From NCBI GenBank assembly GCA_038890975.1, contig JAWAEZ010000001.1:1819-65144 (forward strand): a stretch of 63,326 bases of DNA, in the 5' to 3' direction. This stretch comes from Candidatus Woesearchaeota archaeon (lineage in GTDB: Archaea > Nanobdellota > Nanobdellia > Woesearchaeales > CAIVOO01). Positions 1 through 10,123 of the stretch are shown piece by piece. The translations under genes were made by a program, and so were the position numbers. The notes under the pieces are model-generated. The model had not been told where the DNA came from. It worked only from the letters and a program-made list of their open reading frames with translations, and made no database searches. Each line of letters opens with the position of its first letter. Positions within the stretch are counted from its first letter, which is position 1.

Positions 1-991
1 GCATAGAACCTGGCTCTCCCTGATGCCCTGTAACGATGAGTAAATATTTGCTTCTGTTTTTTTCAACCTCTCTTAATTTCTTCTTAACTTGGCTTGTATA
101 TCTTGCCATCTCACAACTCTTTGAGAAATTAACTATTCTTACCCTCTCACCAGCAGTGATGTATTTATCAAGAGATCTTCCTAATATTAGCACTTTTCTT
201 TTCAAAATTTTTCCAAATTCAATTATTGACTTTATCCTTGCCAGATGAGAAGAAAAAGTGGTAACAATCATCAATCTCCCTCTGGACTCCACACCAAGCA
301 TAACCTCTCTTAACATTTCTTTTGCAACAGCTTCTGAAGGAGTTTTTTTTGCTTCGTTTGAATAAATCGAATCCAAAAATAAAGCAAGAATTTTTCCTTT
401 TCCTATTTCTCTTAAGCGCTCATAGTTGGGAGGTTGCCCCAGTACTGGTGTCTTATCAAACTTAAAATCGTTTGAATAAACTAAAGAACCTTGTTTTGTG
501 TGCAATACTACTGTTACTGTCTGCGGTATTGAATGGGTTGCATTAATGAATTCAACTTTTATATTTTTAGATAATCTTATAGAAGAATTGACATTTACTA
601 TTTTTATTCTATTTGATATTCTTACTTTTTGATCCGTTGCTAGTGATTTAATAACTTCTGCTGTAAAAGGAGTGCATATTATCGGCGCTTTAAATCTGTC
701 TGCTAAAAAAGGAATCGCTGCCACGTGGTCCATATGCGCATGGCTAGGGATTATTGCCTTTACCATCTTTTTCCAATCTTCTATTATGTGAATGTCTGGC
801 AAAGCTCCTTCTCTTATTAACTGATCTGGGCTTATGTATTTTCCTTCTTCGAACTCCTTATTGAATAGTATGTATTTATCCATAAAAACGCCCATATCAA
901 GAATTACTACTTCGTCTTCTACTTTTATGGCGGTCATATTTTTTCCTACCTCGCTATAACCGCCTACTGTGCATACTTCTACCATCTCCAT
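1..991 (-). CDS. RNase J-like beta-CASP / metallo-beta-lactamase ribonuclease, N-terminal ~330 aa only (C-terminus runs off the left edge; absent from the ORF track)
   Basis: Own minus-strand translation from ATG at 989-991: MEMVEVCTVGGYSEVGKNMTAIKVEDEVVILDMG...IIPSHAHMDHVAAIPFLA...LLIVTGHQGEPGS. It has the HxHxDH zinc motif (HAHMDH). The frame stays open to position 2. Confidence 0.7.
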   Translation of the reverse strand, partial: MEMVEVCTVGGYSEVGKNMTAIKVEDEVVILDMGVFMDKYILFNKEFEEGKYISPDQLIREGALPDIHIIEDWKKMVKAIIPSHAHMDHVAAIPFLADRFKAPIICTPFTAEVIKSLATDQKVRISNRIKIVNVNSSIRLSKNIKVEFINATHSIPQTVTVVLHTKQGSLVYSNDFKFDKTPVLGQPPNYERLREIGKGKILALFLDSIYSNEAKKTPSEAVAKEMLREVMLGVESRGRLMIVTTFSSHLARIKSIIEFGKILKRKVLILGRSLDKYITAGERVRIVNFSKSCEMARYTSQVKKKLREVEKNRSKYLLIVTGHQGEPGSM

Positions 992-1066
992 TGAATTCAA
1001 TCCTTTATTTATAAAGTTTGTTATTAAAAAAATTTAAAAACAACTTATAATAACTAAAAAAAACAT

Positions 1067-1165
1067 GCGGGGATGCCGGAGTGGTCAAACGGGATAGCCT
1101 CAAGGTCGGGAGATGTGTAAGCTATTGGCTTAGTGCCTACGCAGGTTCGAGTCCTGCTCCCCGCA
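1067..1165 (+). tRNA. tRNA-Leu(CAA), class II, with a 15-nt intron at the canonical 37/38 site
   Basis: Acceptor GCGGGGA/TCCCCGC plus discriminator A. Anticodon stem ATAGC/GCTAT, loop CTCAAG..A, anticodon CAA at 1101-1103. Intron ~1105-1119. Long variable arm TGGCTTAGTGCCTAC. T arm GCAGG-TTCGAGT-CCTGC. A TATA-like cttataata lies ~20 nt upstream. Confidence 0.85.
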
Positions 1166-1178
1166 TAAAAATTTTATT

Positions 1179-1475
1179 TTGAGCATATTAAATCAAAAAA
1201 TGAAAAAAGTATGTAGTATTTTAACCGAAGGAAAAAAAGTTTATGATATCTATGAAGAAGGAAAAAAACTATTTACGAAAATAGATAACACCTTTTTTGA
1301 AATAGAAGGTTTTGCTAGTTTAAGAATTCACCCCAAACTTGTCAATGAACTCGCACCATCTGAAATTAAAAAATATTCTATTTCTAAAAAAATTGAGCCA
1401 AGAAGGTATATGATTATAAATATTTCAAAAAATAAATGGATTGGCACTAGTAAAATAGAAAAAATAATTGAATAA
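1179..1475 (+). CDS. hypothetical small protein (ATG at 1200, MKKVCSIL..., is the more likely start)
   Basis: ORF track. No recognisable motif. Sits in its own intergenic slot between tRNA-Leu and gatC. Confidence 0.4.
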   Translation: MSILNQKMKKVCSILTEGKKVYDIYEEGKKLFTKIDNTFFEIEGFASLRIHPKLVNELAPSEIKKYSISKKIEPRRYMIINISKNKWIGTSKIEKIIE

Positions 1476-1585
1476 AAAAGAAAAATATTTAAAATTGTTT
1501 CTTAAAATATTTATTTTTAACCCAACAAATTTAAATATCTTTAAAATCCATTAATTATTTAAATGAAATCTTTTATTTTACTGTT

Positions 1586-1870
1586 ATGATAATTGATGAA
1601 ACACTTGTAAAAAAAGTAGCCAAAAACGCTAGGATAGAGCTTTCAGAAAACGAAACAAAGGAGTTCATAAAAGAATTAAGAGAGATTCTTGAAAATTTTT
1701 CTAAACTTGATAAACTTGACACTAAAAACACGAAACCAAGTTTCCACCCTATTGAAATTAAAAACCATTTAAGAGAAGATGAAAAAAGAAATTGCCTATC
1801 CAACGAAGAGGCGTTAAGGAATGCCGCCCATAAAAAAGACGGATATTTTAAAGGCCCGAGAATTGTATAG
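1586..1870 (+). CDS. gatC: Asp/Glu-tRNA amidotransferase subunit C
   Basis: 94 aa, starts MIIDETLVKKVAKNARIELSENE..., immediately upstream of gatA and gatB (gatCAB order). Confidence 0.85.
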   Translation: MIIDETLVKKVAKNARIELSENETKEFIKELREILENFSKLDKLDTKNTKPSFHPIEIKNHLREDEKRNCLSNEEALRNAAHKKDGYFKGPRIV

Positions 1871-1900
1871 CCAAAAATAAAAAAATAATAATCAGTAAAT

Positions 1901-3325
1901 ATGAGAACATTAGAATTTATTGAAGAAATTAAAAAAGGAAATATAAGTGTAGAAGAGAACACTCATAAATTTATTGAAGACGCTGAAAAGATTGACAAAG
2001 AATTCGCTTATTTTAATACAATTTCAAAAGAACTTGCAATAAAACAAGCAAAAGAAATTGATATTTTAATAAAGCAAAAAAAAACAAGGGGGCTACTATT
2101 AGGCATCCCTGTTTCTGTAAAGGACTGCATTGTTGTTAAGGATGTTGAATCTTGTGCCGGTTCAAGAATACTTAAAGGTTATGTGCCAACATTCAATGCT
2201 ACAAGCGTCCAGAGATGTATAGAAAATGGCGCAGTGATTGTTGGGAAAACTTCACAAGACGAGTTCGGCTTTGGAAGTTTCTCTGTAAATGTTGGGAAAG
2301 GTTTTCGTGTGCCAAAAAATCCTTTTGATAAAGAAAGGGTTTGCGGGGGAAGCTCAGGAGGCAGTGCGGGAATTACCCAAAAAACAAAATTTAATCATAT
2401 TTCTCTTGCTGAATCGACAGGAGGTTCTATTGTCGCGCCTGCTTCTTTTTGCGGCGTTGCTGGTCTTTGCCCTACATACGGCCTCGTATCTAGATACGGC
2501 CTAATCGATTATGCAAATTCTCTTGATAAAATAGGCCCCATAGGAAAAAGTGTAGAGGATTGTGCTTTGATGCTGAATGTTATTAGCGGTTATGACAAAA
2601 AAGATTCCACTTCTTTGAATATTAAAAAAGAAGATTATCTTGAATATTTAAAAGATAATAATAAAAAATTCAAAGTAGCGATAATAAAAGAAGCATTTGG
2701 AGAAGGAACAGATGAAAATGTGAAAAATATTGTTCTTGATAAACTCGCAAAAAGTTGTATTGAATATGAAGAGATATCTTTACCTATAACTTACGAGTAT
2801 TCTATTGCAGATTATTATATTCTTGCTACAACAGAAGCTTCAACTAATCTTGCAAAGTACTGCGGTATGAGATACGGCGCTGCGGAAAAATTAGAAGGAA
2901 ACTTTAACGAATATTTTTCAAAAGTTAGATCATTAAACTTTGGAGAAGAGGCTAAGAGAAGAATAATTCTCGGCACATTCGCAAGAATGGCAGGTTTCAG
3001 AGAAGCATATTACCTTAAAGCCCTTAAGGTAAGAACTAAAATAATTGAAGAATATAAAACTGCATTTAAAAAATATGATGTTCTAATAAGCCCTACTATG
3101 CCTATACTCCCCCCAAAATTTTCTGATATCAAAAAATTAACTCCTTTACAAAATTATATGATAGATATTTTGACCGTAGGTCCTAATATATCCGGTATGC
3201 CTCACTTGTCACTAAATGCAGGAATGAAAAATGGCCTCCCAGTGGGCATTTTAGCAATCGCTGATCATTTACAAGAAGGAAAATTAATCAGTTTTTGTAA
3301 AGATATAGAAAATAAAACAAATTAA
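1901..3325 (+). CDS. gatA: Asp/Glu-tRNA amidotransferase subunit A (amidase signature family)
   Basis: Amidase signature GGSSGGSAG and KDCIVVKD. 474 aa. Confidence 0.9.
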   Translation: MRTLEFIEEIKKGNISVEENTHKFIEDAEKIDKEFAYFNTISKELAIKQAKEIDILIKQKKTRGLLLGIPVSVKDCIVVKDVESCAGSRILKGYVPTFNATSVQRCIENGAVIVGKTSQDEFGFGSFSVNVGKGFRVPKNPFDKERVCGGSSGGSAGITQKTKFNHISLAESTGGSIVAPASFCGVAGLCPTYGLVSRYGLIDYANSLDKIGPIGKSVEDCALMLNVISGYDKKDSTSLNIKKEDYLEYLKDNNKKFKVAIIKEAFGEGTDENVKNIVLDKLAKSCIEYEEISLPITYEYSIADYYILATTEASTNLAKYCGMRYGAAEKLEGNFNEYFSKVRSLNFGEEAKRRIILGTFARMAGFREAYYLKALKVRTKIIEEYKTAFKKYDVLISPTMPILPPKFSDIKKLTPLQNYMIDILTVGPNISGMPHLSLNAGMKNGLPVGILAIADHLQEGKLISFCKDIENKTN

Positions 3326-3331
3326 ATAAAA

Positions 3332-4762
3332 ATGAAGCCGGACACAATAATAGGTCTCGAAATACACGTTGAACTTGATACAGAAACTAAACTATTCTGT
3401 TCTTGCCCTACCGAGTCCGAAATGCCCAACACAACTACTTGCGAAGTTTGTCTTGGGATGCCTGGTAGCAAACCTGTTGTTAATAAAAAAGCAGTGGAAT
3501 ACGCCTTAAAGTTATGCGTTGCCTTGAACTGTAAGATATCTCCTGAACTCGTTTTTTCAAGAAAAACTTATTTTTATCCTGATATGTCAAAGAATTATCA
3601 AATAACCCAATACGAAATGCCTTTGGGGGAGGATGGTTTCATTGAACTATCAGAAAATAAAAAAGTTGGTCTTATCAGAATTCATTTAGAAGAAGACCCT
3701 GCGTCTCTTATTCATTTAGGTGGTATATCAACATCCCCCTTTGTGCTTGTAGATTATAATCGTTCCGGTAGGCCTTTGTGCGAGATTGTTACAAAACCTG
3801 AAATATATTCTGCTGAAGAAGCAAGAGATTTCATGAAGAAACTTATTACAATACTTTGTTTTTTAAAAATTTTTGACAATAGAAAATGTATAATAAAAGC
3901 AGATGTTAATGTGTCTATTAAAGAATCAGGATATGTCCGCGTAGAACTAAAAAACATAACTGGCTTTAAAGAAATAGAACGCGCTTTAATCTATGAAATA
4001 GAAAGACAAAGAAGAGAATTTCGCGAAGGTAAAAAGATATTACAGGAAACAAGAGCTTGGAACTCCGAACTTGGCATAACAACCTTGTTGAGGACAAAGG
4101 AAAGTGAAGAGGACTACGGCTACATATTTGACCCTGACCTTGTCCCGGTGGATATAACAAAAGATTTACTAGAAAAAATAAGAAGTGAGTTGCCAGAACT
4201 CCCTGCTGAAAAGAAAAAGAGATACATTCAGGAATTAAAAATAAATAAAGACGATGCTAACATAATATCTTCGGATTATGTTCTATCAGAAATATTTGAA
4301 AGGATGGTAAAAAGGAAGATAAGTCCAATTATCGCCGCGGATTGGGTTAGAAGAGAACTGCCGAGGGTTGCAAATTATAATAATAAGGAAGTTGAAGATA
4401 TTTTACAAGAAGAAAATTTCACAGAACATTTCCAAGAAATACTTGAATTATTTTCTAATAAAAAAATAACCAACATTGTTGCAAGGGAATTACTAAATAA
4501 GATATCTGATAAAACATTATATAAAGAAGCAAAATCTCCTTTAGAATATGTTAAAGAAAAAAACTTGTTTGCTGTTGTTGATTATTCTGAAATAGAAGAT
4601 GTATGTAAGAGCGTATTAAAAGAAAATGAGAAAGCTGTAGAAGATTATAAAAAAGGGGAAGAAAAAGCATTAAATTTTATTATAGGAAATGTTATGAGAA
4701 AAACAAAAGGAAAAGCAAACCCTGAGGAAGTTAAGAAGATTATTAAAAAATTACTTTCCTAA
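3332..4762 (+). CDS. gatB: Asp/Glu-tRNA amidotransferase subunit B
   Basis: N-terminus IGLEIHVELDTETKLFCSCP, then YFYPDMSKNYQITQ and IHLEEDPA. C-terminal YqeY-like tail. Confidence 0.9.
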   Translation: MKPDTIIGLEIHVELDTETKLFCSCPTESEMPNTTTCEVCLGMPGSKPVVNKKAVEYALKLCVALNCKISPELVFSRKTYFYPDMSKNYQITQYEMPLGEDGFIELSENKKVGLIRIHLEEDPASLIHLGGISTSPFVLVDYNRSGRPLCEIVTKPEIYSAEEARDFMKKLITILCFLKIFDNRKCIIKADVNVSIKESGYVRVELKNITGFKEIERALIYEIERQRREFREGKKILQETRAWNSELGITTLLRTKESEEDYGYIFDPDLVPVDITKDLLEKIRSELPELPAEKKKRYIQELKINKDDANIISSDYVLSEIFERMVKRKISPIIAADWVRRELPRVANYNNKEVEDILQEENFTEHFQEILELFSNKKITNIVARELLNKISDKTLYKEAKSPLEYVKEKNLFAVVDYSEIEDVCKSVLKENEKAVEDYKKGEEKALNFIIGNVMRKTKGKANPEEVKKIIKKLLS

Positions 4763-6270
4763 AAGTGACCGTTTTTGTAAAACATGCTCGCGTATCTTTC
4801 TTCTATTGTTTTCTGGTCAAGTAGCAAAGATTCAAAAATTTCAAGTATTTCGGCAGAGTACCCATTTAGTTGAAGGGTTGTTAAGGCATCTTCAAGAGTT
4901 CCTTTTTGTCCTGCTTTGCTTGACAAATCGTCTAACGGACCGCTTCCTATATGATTTGTTGTATAAACCACGCATTCTAATAAATCTGCTTGTTTAGACA
5001 AAATATTATTATCTGCTTTATCATTAATAGATTTTGCTATTCTTATAACTTCGTTTATTATAGCTGGAGGTAGTTTATTTTTATCAATTTTTTTAATAGA
5101 TTCGAATTTTTTTGATAAGTTGTTTGTTGCTTCATCAAGATTATTGGTTTCCCCTTTTGTTAAAGGCAAAAATGTTAATGCTAGCACAGAAGATAATAAG
5201 CTTGTTTTTCCTAAAGGAAAGTACTCTTTTCTTTTTTCTTCGGGGAGCATATTAAATATTTGTATAGTGTAAAGATTTGACATTTCTACAAATTCTTTTG
5301 TTTCTGCATCGTATTCTTTTAATGGGTTTTGTAGGTTATATCTCTCAAAAATAAAATTGCATATTTTTTGGAAATCTTCTTTTGCCTTCTGAAGATTAGC
5401 ATCAAACTTAGAACCTTTTTTATAAAATACCCCTATTTCTTTTGGTGTGTCTTCTATTTCGGGTTCTACCATCTGTTGGTTTCCAAAATTTTGGATTTCT
5501 CCCATAACCCATTTTTGCACAGCTTCTTTACCGAATTGTTGTTCTGTACACTCTACAAAATGTTGAAGTGCTTTTATTAAATCCCTATCTGCTTTTATGA
5601 TTGTATCTATGTATGAAATGATTTTTTCTAACCCTGCTGCTAATTTTTCTTCTCCAAAATGTTCAACTTGTTTTTTTGGTATTCCGTATATTTCTAATGT
5701 CGCTACATGAGAATCGCTTCCCTCTGGCTGTAATCTTGAAGTGAATAAAAAGTAATCCTGAAAATTTTTTGGCCCAAATGGAGCGGGGTGTTTCACTAAT
5801 TTATTTGTCGGCTCTGTCAAAGGGTCTGGGATATTTTTGTTTGCTTTTGCATTTTTAATCTTATTTCTTAATTCTCTTTCTGCTTCTTTCTCTTGAAGTT
5901 TGTATTGTTCTGAAATTTTTTTTACAAGCGCGGGGTTTACTTTCCAATAATATTTTTTAAAATTGTAACTTTCCATTTCTTTAGGTAGAAAGATCTGAGG
6001 GATGTTTAGCTCAATTTTTATGTTTATAGCGTCAGTTATTTCCATTAAAGTATCCACTAACGATTTATAGAAATCTTCCTTGTTTTTATTACCAGTTGTA
6101 TCCCTGATTTTATCAATCCTATCAACATAGGATTGCCACCAACTTTCGCCGTTTAACTGAGTGGTCTTGCTTAGTTCTTCTGCTTTTTTTGATAAATATT
6201 CTATATGTTTCGCATTATTTTGAATATCTTTTAGTATTTCTTCTAGTCCTTTGTTATTATTTTCATTCAT
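4759..6270 (-). CDS. hypothetical protein, 503 aa, soluble, no recognised domain
   Basis: Long uninterrupted ORF. Convergent with gatB, with a 4-nt stop overlap. Confidence 0.6.
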   Translation of the reverse strand: MNENNNKGLEEILKDIQNNAKHIEYLSKKAEELSKTTQLNGESWWQSYVDRIDKIRDTTGNKNKEDFYKSLVDTLMEITDAINIKIELNIPQIFLPKEMESYNFKKYYWKVNPALVKKISEQYKLQEKEAERELRNKIKNAKANKNIPDPLTEPTNKLVKHPAPFGPKNFQDYFLFTSRLQPEGSDSHVATLEIYGIPKKQVEHFGEEKLAAGLEKIISYIDTIIKADRDLIKALQHFVECTEQQFGKEAVQKWVMGEIQNFGNQQMVEPEIEDTPKEIGVFYKKGSKFDANLQKAKEDFQKICNFIFERYNLQNPLKEYDAETKEFVEMSNLYTIQIFNMLPEEKRKEYFPLGKTSLLSSVLALTFLPLTKGETNNLDEATNNLSKKFESIKKIDKNKLPPAIINEVIRIAKSINDKADNNILSKQADLLECVVYTTNHIGSGPLDDLSSKAGQKGTLEDALTTLQLNGYSAEILEIFESLLLDQKTIEERYASMFYKNGHF

Positions 6271-6341
6271 ACTTTCGTATTTGCAGAACTAATATATAAA
6301 TTTTTCTATTTTTTATCACTTAATAGTGACTAAAATTGTTT

Positions 6342-7250
6342 TTATTTCCCCTTTAAGCTTAATCTATTACGCTCTTTTTCTTCTTTTTTACGCTTCCTTG
6401 CTGCTTTTATTTTCTGAGCAATCATCACCCCTGCTTTTGTTCCAGGAATAAAATCAGTGATAAACTCCGTACCAATTTCAAAAAGATCCCCCTCATGGAA
6501 TATCTCTGCCAACGCTTTACCTACCATTGAACCTTTTTTAACTTCTCCTGTTAAAGCGTCAACATCAAGAATATATCTCTTGCCGCTTTTTGAATCAATA
6601 AATTCAAAAGAATAAATAGGTCTAAAATAAAGAGCAAGTTTTGTTATAACCACTTCCTCTTTAATTACTTTATCCGCTTCAAAAGGTTTTATTAAATCTT
6701 TAATAAGCTGCCTTACTAAAAAAGATGCTTTAACTTTAGCTGGCACAACAACTGTCTTCTCTTTCATTAATTCTTCTGTCTGTTCTATTTTATAAGTTTT
6801 AAAATCAAGATATCTTTTATAATCAACATTAGCTCCTGTATTTGCATCTACGAAAATCTCTTTTTTAAAATGTTCAAAACAATGGTCCTCTGCAATAAAA
6901 GAACAATAGTTTGTCCCTTCTCTTATTTCATAAACTTTTCCTTCTATTTTTACAGATTTAACTTCGGGTCTCACATCGAAACCGTACTCTGTTTTTCTTT
7001 TATATTCAAGATTACTTTCGCCTAATAAATGCCAAAATGGTTCGTATCTTTTCTCAAAATTTGATAGTTTTATATTATCCTTTGAACTAACAAGTTTCTT
7101 AAATTTTGAAATTATACCAAACCCCTTCTCTTTTTTTCCTATAGCGATCCCTTCACATTCTATTTTAGAATAAACGTCTTCAAACACTTGTATGTTCTGT
7201 TTTTCTACATTAAACTTTAATTCTACCATTAATTTTTTTAAGTGTGGCAA
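6342..7250 (-). CDS. hypothetical protein, 302 aa, Lys-rich C-terminal tail
   Basis: ORF track. No motif recognised. Confidence 0.55.
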   Translation of the reverse strand: MPHLKKLMVELKFNVEKQNIQVFEDVYSKIECEGIAIGKKEKGFGIISKFKKLVSSKDNIKLSNFEKRYEPFWHLLGESNLEYKRKTEYGFDVRPEVKSVKIEGKVYEIREGTNYCSFIAEDHCFEHFKKEIFVDANTGANVDYKRYLDFKTYKIEQTEELMKEKTVVVPAKVKASFLVRQLIKDLIKPFEADKVIKEEVVITKLALYFRPIYSFEFIDSKSGKRYILDVDALTGEVKKGSMVGKALAEIFHEGDLFEIGTEFITDFIPGTKAGVMIAQKIKAARKRKKEEKERNRLSLKGK

Positions 7251-7375
7251 ATTTTAAAAATGTTTCTATAATAAATTTTATATCTTTATTTAAATAAAAA
7301 CTCTAAAAAGATAGATGGCTCAAGTGCTTTAAAGTTAATATCTGTTTAAATTTTTATGCAACTATTATTTTGAAC

Positions 7376-8569
7376 TTAATCCAACTTTAATATTTTAGTG
7401 ACTTCTTCATAAACTCTTTTTTCAAAATCCAGCGTTCTCTCCGCGTCTCCTCTTTCTTCTGCCAGAACAGACAGCAAAGAGAATAATTCTGATTTTTCAA
7501 TACCGAGCTGACATAAATTTTCTTCAATAATTTTTTCTTCTATATTCTCCAAAGAACCGGAGATTCTTATGACTTCAAACTGCTTGGAGGTAAGAGCATA
7601 AATATTTTTGAGCACTTCAACTGCACCTTTCTCTTTTATTTTATAAACTAACTCTTTAAAGTCAATATCAAGCGGTTTTCCTTCCTTGAGTATACCATAC
7701 AATCTTAACGTTACTATTTTACCTTTAAAATCCTTGTTTGTTATTTCTTTTACAACAAGCGACTCTATCTCGGCAGGTTTTTTATTATTACAATCTATTT
7801 TTATTGTTATGGTCTCGTAAATCTTCACAGGAATAAATTCTACTTTGTCTTCTTCTACAATATAAAAACCCCCAAAACCGAATTTTTCTAGTTCTTTAAA
7901 ATTATTCGGGAATAAAGCGCCGGGGTAAGCTATTATTCCGTACCCTTCTATTTGTGTTTTTATAATCTCGTGGATATGACCTCCTGCGTAATAATTAAAA
8001 TTTCTCGGGAGTAAAGAGATAGATGTTGAATCCATATGTTCCATTCCTTCGGTCTTTAACTCATTAATCGCTGTATGAAACATAAATATCTTATATCCTC
8101 TCTCCTTTTCAAGCGGTTCTAAATTCAAAGATTCGTAATATTTTTTTTCAAGCATTCCTTTTCTGCCGAGCATTCCTGTTATTTTAGCGCCGGTTTTTTT
8201 GTCTATTGTGAAATAAAGGTTTAATCTTTTTTTATCATCTATAAATCCTCTCACAACATTTTTTACAAACCCTGCTTCTTCAAGCACTTCAATCTTTGTT
8301 TTCCCTGAAGGAGAAAAATCATGGCTACCCGCGATTATATAAACAGCTACCCCTCTCTCTTTTAACTCTCTTAATTTTTTGAATACAACCTTTTCTATTT
8401 CTATAGGGGGTAACGAAGTGTTAAAAAGGTCCCCTGACATTAATACAAAATCAACATTTCTTTCTAAACATAAATCTATTGCTTCAATGAATGCTTTAAT
8501 AGATGCTTCTTTAAGAATCGGTTCCCTCCACCCCCCAATATGACAGTCAGCGAGATGCGCGAATTTCAT
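7376..8569 (-). CDS. mre11: Mre11/SbcD-type metallophosphoesterase nuclease
   Basis: Calcineurin-like motifs in order: HLADCHIG, SGDLF, AGSHD, MFHT, GGHIHE. Confidence 0.75.
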   Translation of the reverse strand: MKFAHLADCHIGGWREPILKEASIKAFIEAIDLCLERNVDFVLMSGDLFNTSLPPIEIEKVVFKKLRELKERGVAVYIIAGSHDFSPSGKTKIEVLEEAGFVKNVVRGFIDDKKRLNLYFTIDKKTGAKITGMLGRKGMLEKKYYESLNLEPLEKERGYKIFMFHTAINELKTEGMEHMDSTSISLLPRNFNYYAGGHIHEIIKTQIEGYGIIAYPGALFPNNFKELEKFGFGGFYIVEEDKVEFIPVKIYETITIKIDCNNKKPAEIESLVVKEITNKDFKGKIVTLRLYGILKEGKPLDIDFKELVYKIKEKGAVEVLKNIYALTSKQFEVIRISGSLENIEEKIIEENLCQLGIEKSELFSLLSVLAEERGDAERTLDFEKRVYEEVTKILKLD

Positions 8570-8685
8570 AGTTATAAAATCAAAACAAGAGATATTAATT
8601 ATTTATTTAATCACTAAAAAGTAATAAAAAAGGAAAGATTTATATAGTGGTATTTATAAAAATATTTATTAGAAGCGTGAAAAAA

Positions 8686-9270
8686 ATGAAAAACCAGCAA
8701 GGTAACATAGTTAGTAACTTAGAAAATCATCTTAAAAAGTTAAAAAGTTTTCTTGAAAAATATAATACCAAACTAACAATTCAAGATTACGAAAAAGATT
8801 GCGAAGAAGAAAAAAATTCATTAGTGTCCGCCGTAGAACTTCCCAGAAGATTAAACATTATAAACTCCTCACAATATTCTCGTTTTCAAAACAAAGAAAT
8901 AGAAACACGAATTGCAGAAAGTCGCGAAGAAAAAAATCTCGAAGTATATCTTTTAATTAATTGTAGAGAAGAATTAGTCGCTTCAAAAATTGCAAAAATA
9001 TATATTGGTAGGTTAGCATCTTTTGAAGAAGAACTTATAGATGCAACTATTACCCATCTATTGTGGTTAGGTTTAAGTGTTAAAGAGAATAACTTATTTT
9101 TTCCAAAAAATCTTTATCCGTATATAAATGAATCGCATTATGATATAGAATTATTAAAAAGTAAAATTGGGCCTTTTTTATTTAATTATAATCCCCCATA
9201 TTTTCATATTTTTAGTCCTAAAGACATAAAGCAGGTTTTTGAAAATTTCAAATTCTCAGATAACTGTTAG
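8686..9270 (+). CDS. hypothetical protein (track ORF begins at 8647; ATG at 8686, MKNQQGN, preferred)
   Basis: ORF track. No motif recognised. Confidence 0.45.
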   Translation: MKNQQGNIVSNLENHLKKLKSFLEKYNTKLTIQDYEKDCEEEKNSLVSAVELPRRLNIINSSQYSRFQNKEIETRIAESREEKNLEVYLLINCREELVASKIAKIYIGRLASFEEELIDATITHLLWLGLSVKENNLFFPKNLYPYINESHYDIELLKSKIGPFLFNYNPPYFHIFSPKDIKQVFENFKFSDNC

Positions 9271-9271
9271 A

Positions 9272-10081
9272 TTATGCGAATTTAATTTGAGAAAACTGCT
9301 TTTCAATATCTTTAGAAATTTTGAATGGTAATTGTTCTTTCTCCCCGATATAAAAATTAATTATGTTGTATACATTATCCACTAATTTATTCCATAATAT
9401 AAAAAAATTTTTAATATTGTTCTTAAGGGTGTCTTTATCCTTTTCTGAAACAAGGTTCTCTTCCTTTTTTGTGTAGATAGAAATCAACGAAGCTAAGTTT
9501 TCTGCTTCTGATTTTATGGATTGTAGGATGAATACTGCTTTTTTATAATCTCCCTTAATTTTTTTTAAAGGTTCAATCATCTGACTTATTTCTATTAAAG
9601 ATTTTACAACCCTGTCATCCCGATTACCTAATATGTTACTGAAAGTTCTTAAACATGCCATAATCGAATTTATATCTGTAATTATATCTATCTCTGGTTT
9701 TTTAATGTTAAATTTATAAATAGCATATTCTATGTTTTCTATTTGTAAATATTTTTCAAGATTTTTTTTCATTTCAAAAAGTATTTCTCTTTGATTAATT
9801 AGTAGTTGCTTTTCTTTTTTTGAACCTTCATCTTTTCTATTTTCTATGTAACTAAGCTCAGAAGTTATCGCTGCGATATAACTATTACAAATTCTTAATA
9901 ACTTCTTACAGTCATTTAAAAAACCTGCTGATAATTTTATCAATTTTTTTTTAATAAAGTCGCTTGTTTTTTCATCTTGGGCATTAGAATATTGCATAAG
10001 TAAAGTGTAAATATCATTCCATACTTTCTTAACAGAATTAAAAGAGGTAACCAGTTTATTAAAATCTGTCTGATCCATCAA
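9272..10081 (-). CDS. hypothetical helical protein, 269 aa
   Basis: ORF track. K/E/N-rich and probably all-helical. Lies downstream of the HerA-like gene but shows no NurA-like motifs. Confidence 0.5.
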   Translation of the reverse strand: MMDQTDFNKLVTSFNSVKKVWNDIYTLLMQYSNAQDEKTSDFIKKKLIKLSAGFLNDCKKLLRICNSYIAAITSELSYIENRKDEGSKKEKQLLINQREILFEMKKNLEKYLQIENIEYAIYKFNIKKPEIDIITDINSIMACLRTFSNILGNRDDRVVKSLIEISQMIEPLKKIKGDYKKAVFILQSIKSEAENLASLISIYTKKEENLVSEKDKDTLKNNIKNFFILWNKLVDNVYNIINFYIGEKEQLPFKISKDIEKQFSQIKFA

Positions 10082-10123
10082 TTTATAAAAAAAATATCAT
10101 ATTTATAAATTTTTTTGAATAAA

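Noticed and set aside
36-248. 70-aa plus-strand ORF at the left edge
   Set aside because: It lies antisense to the clearly coding RNase J-like frame, which carries the HAHMDH motif, and has a low-complexity hydrophobic composition.
1573-1962. 129-aa minus-strand ORF
   Set aside because: It is antisense to gatC and the gatA start. It is a shadow ORF of the kind common in AT-rich DNA.
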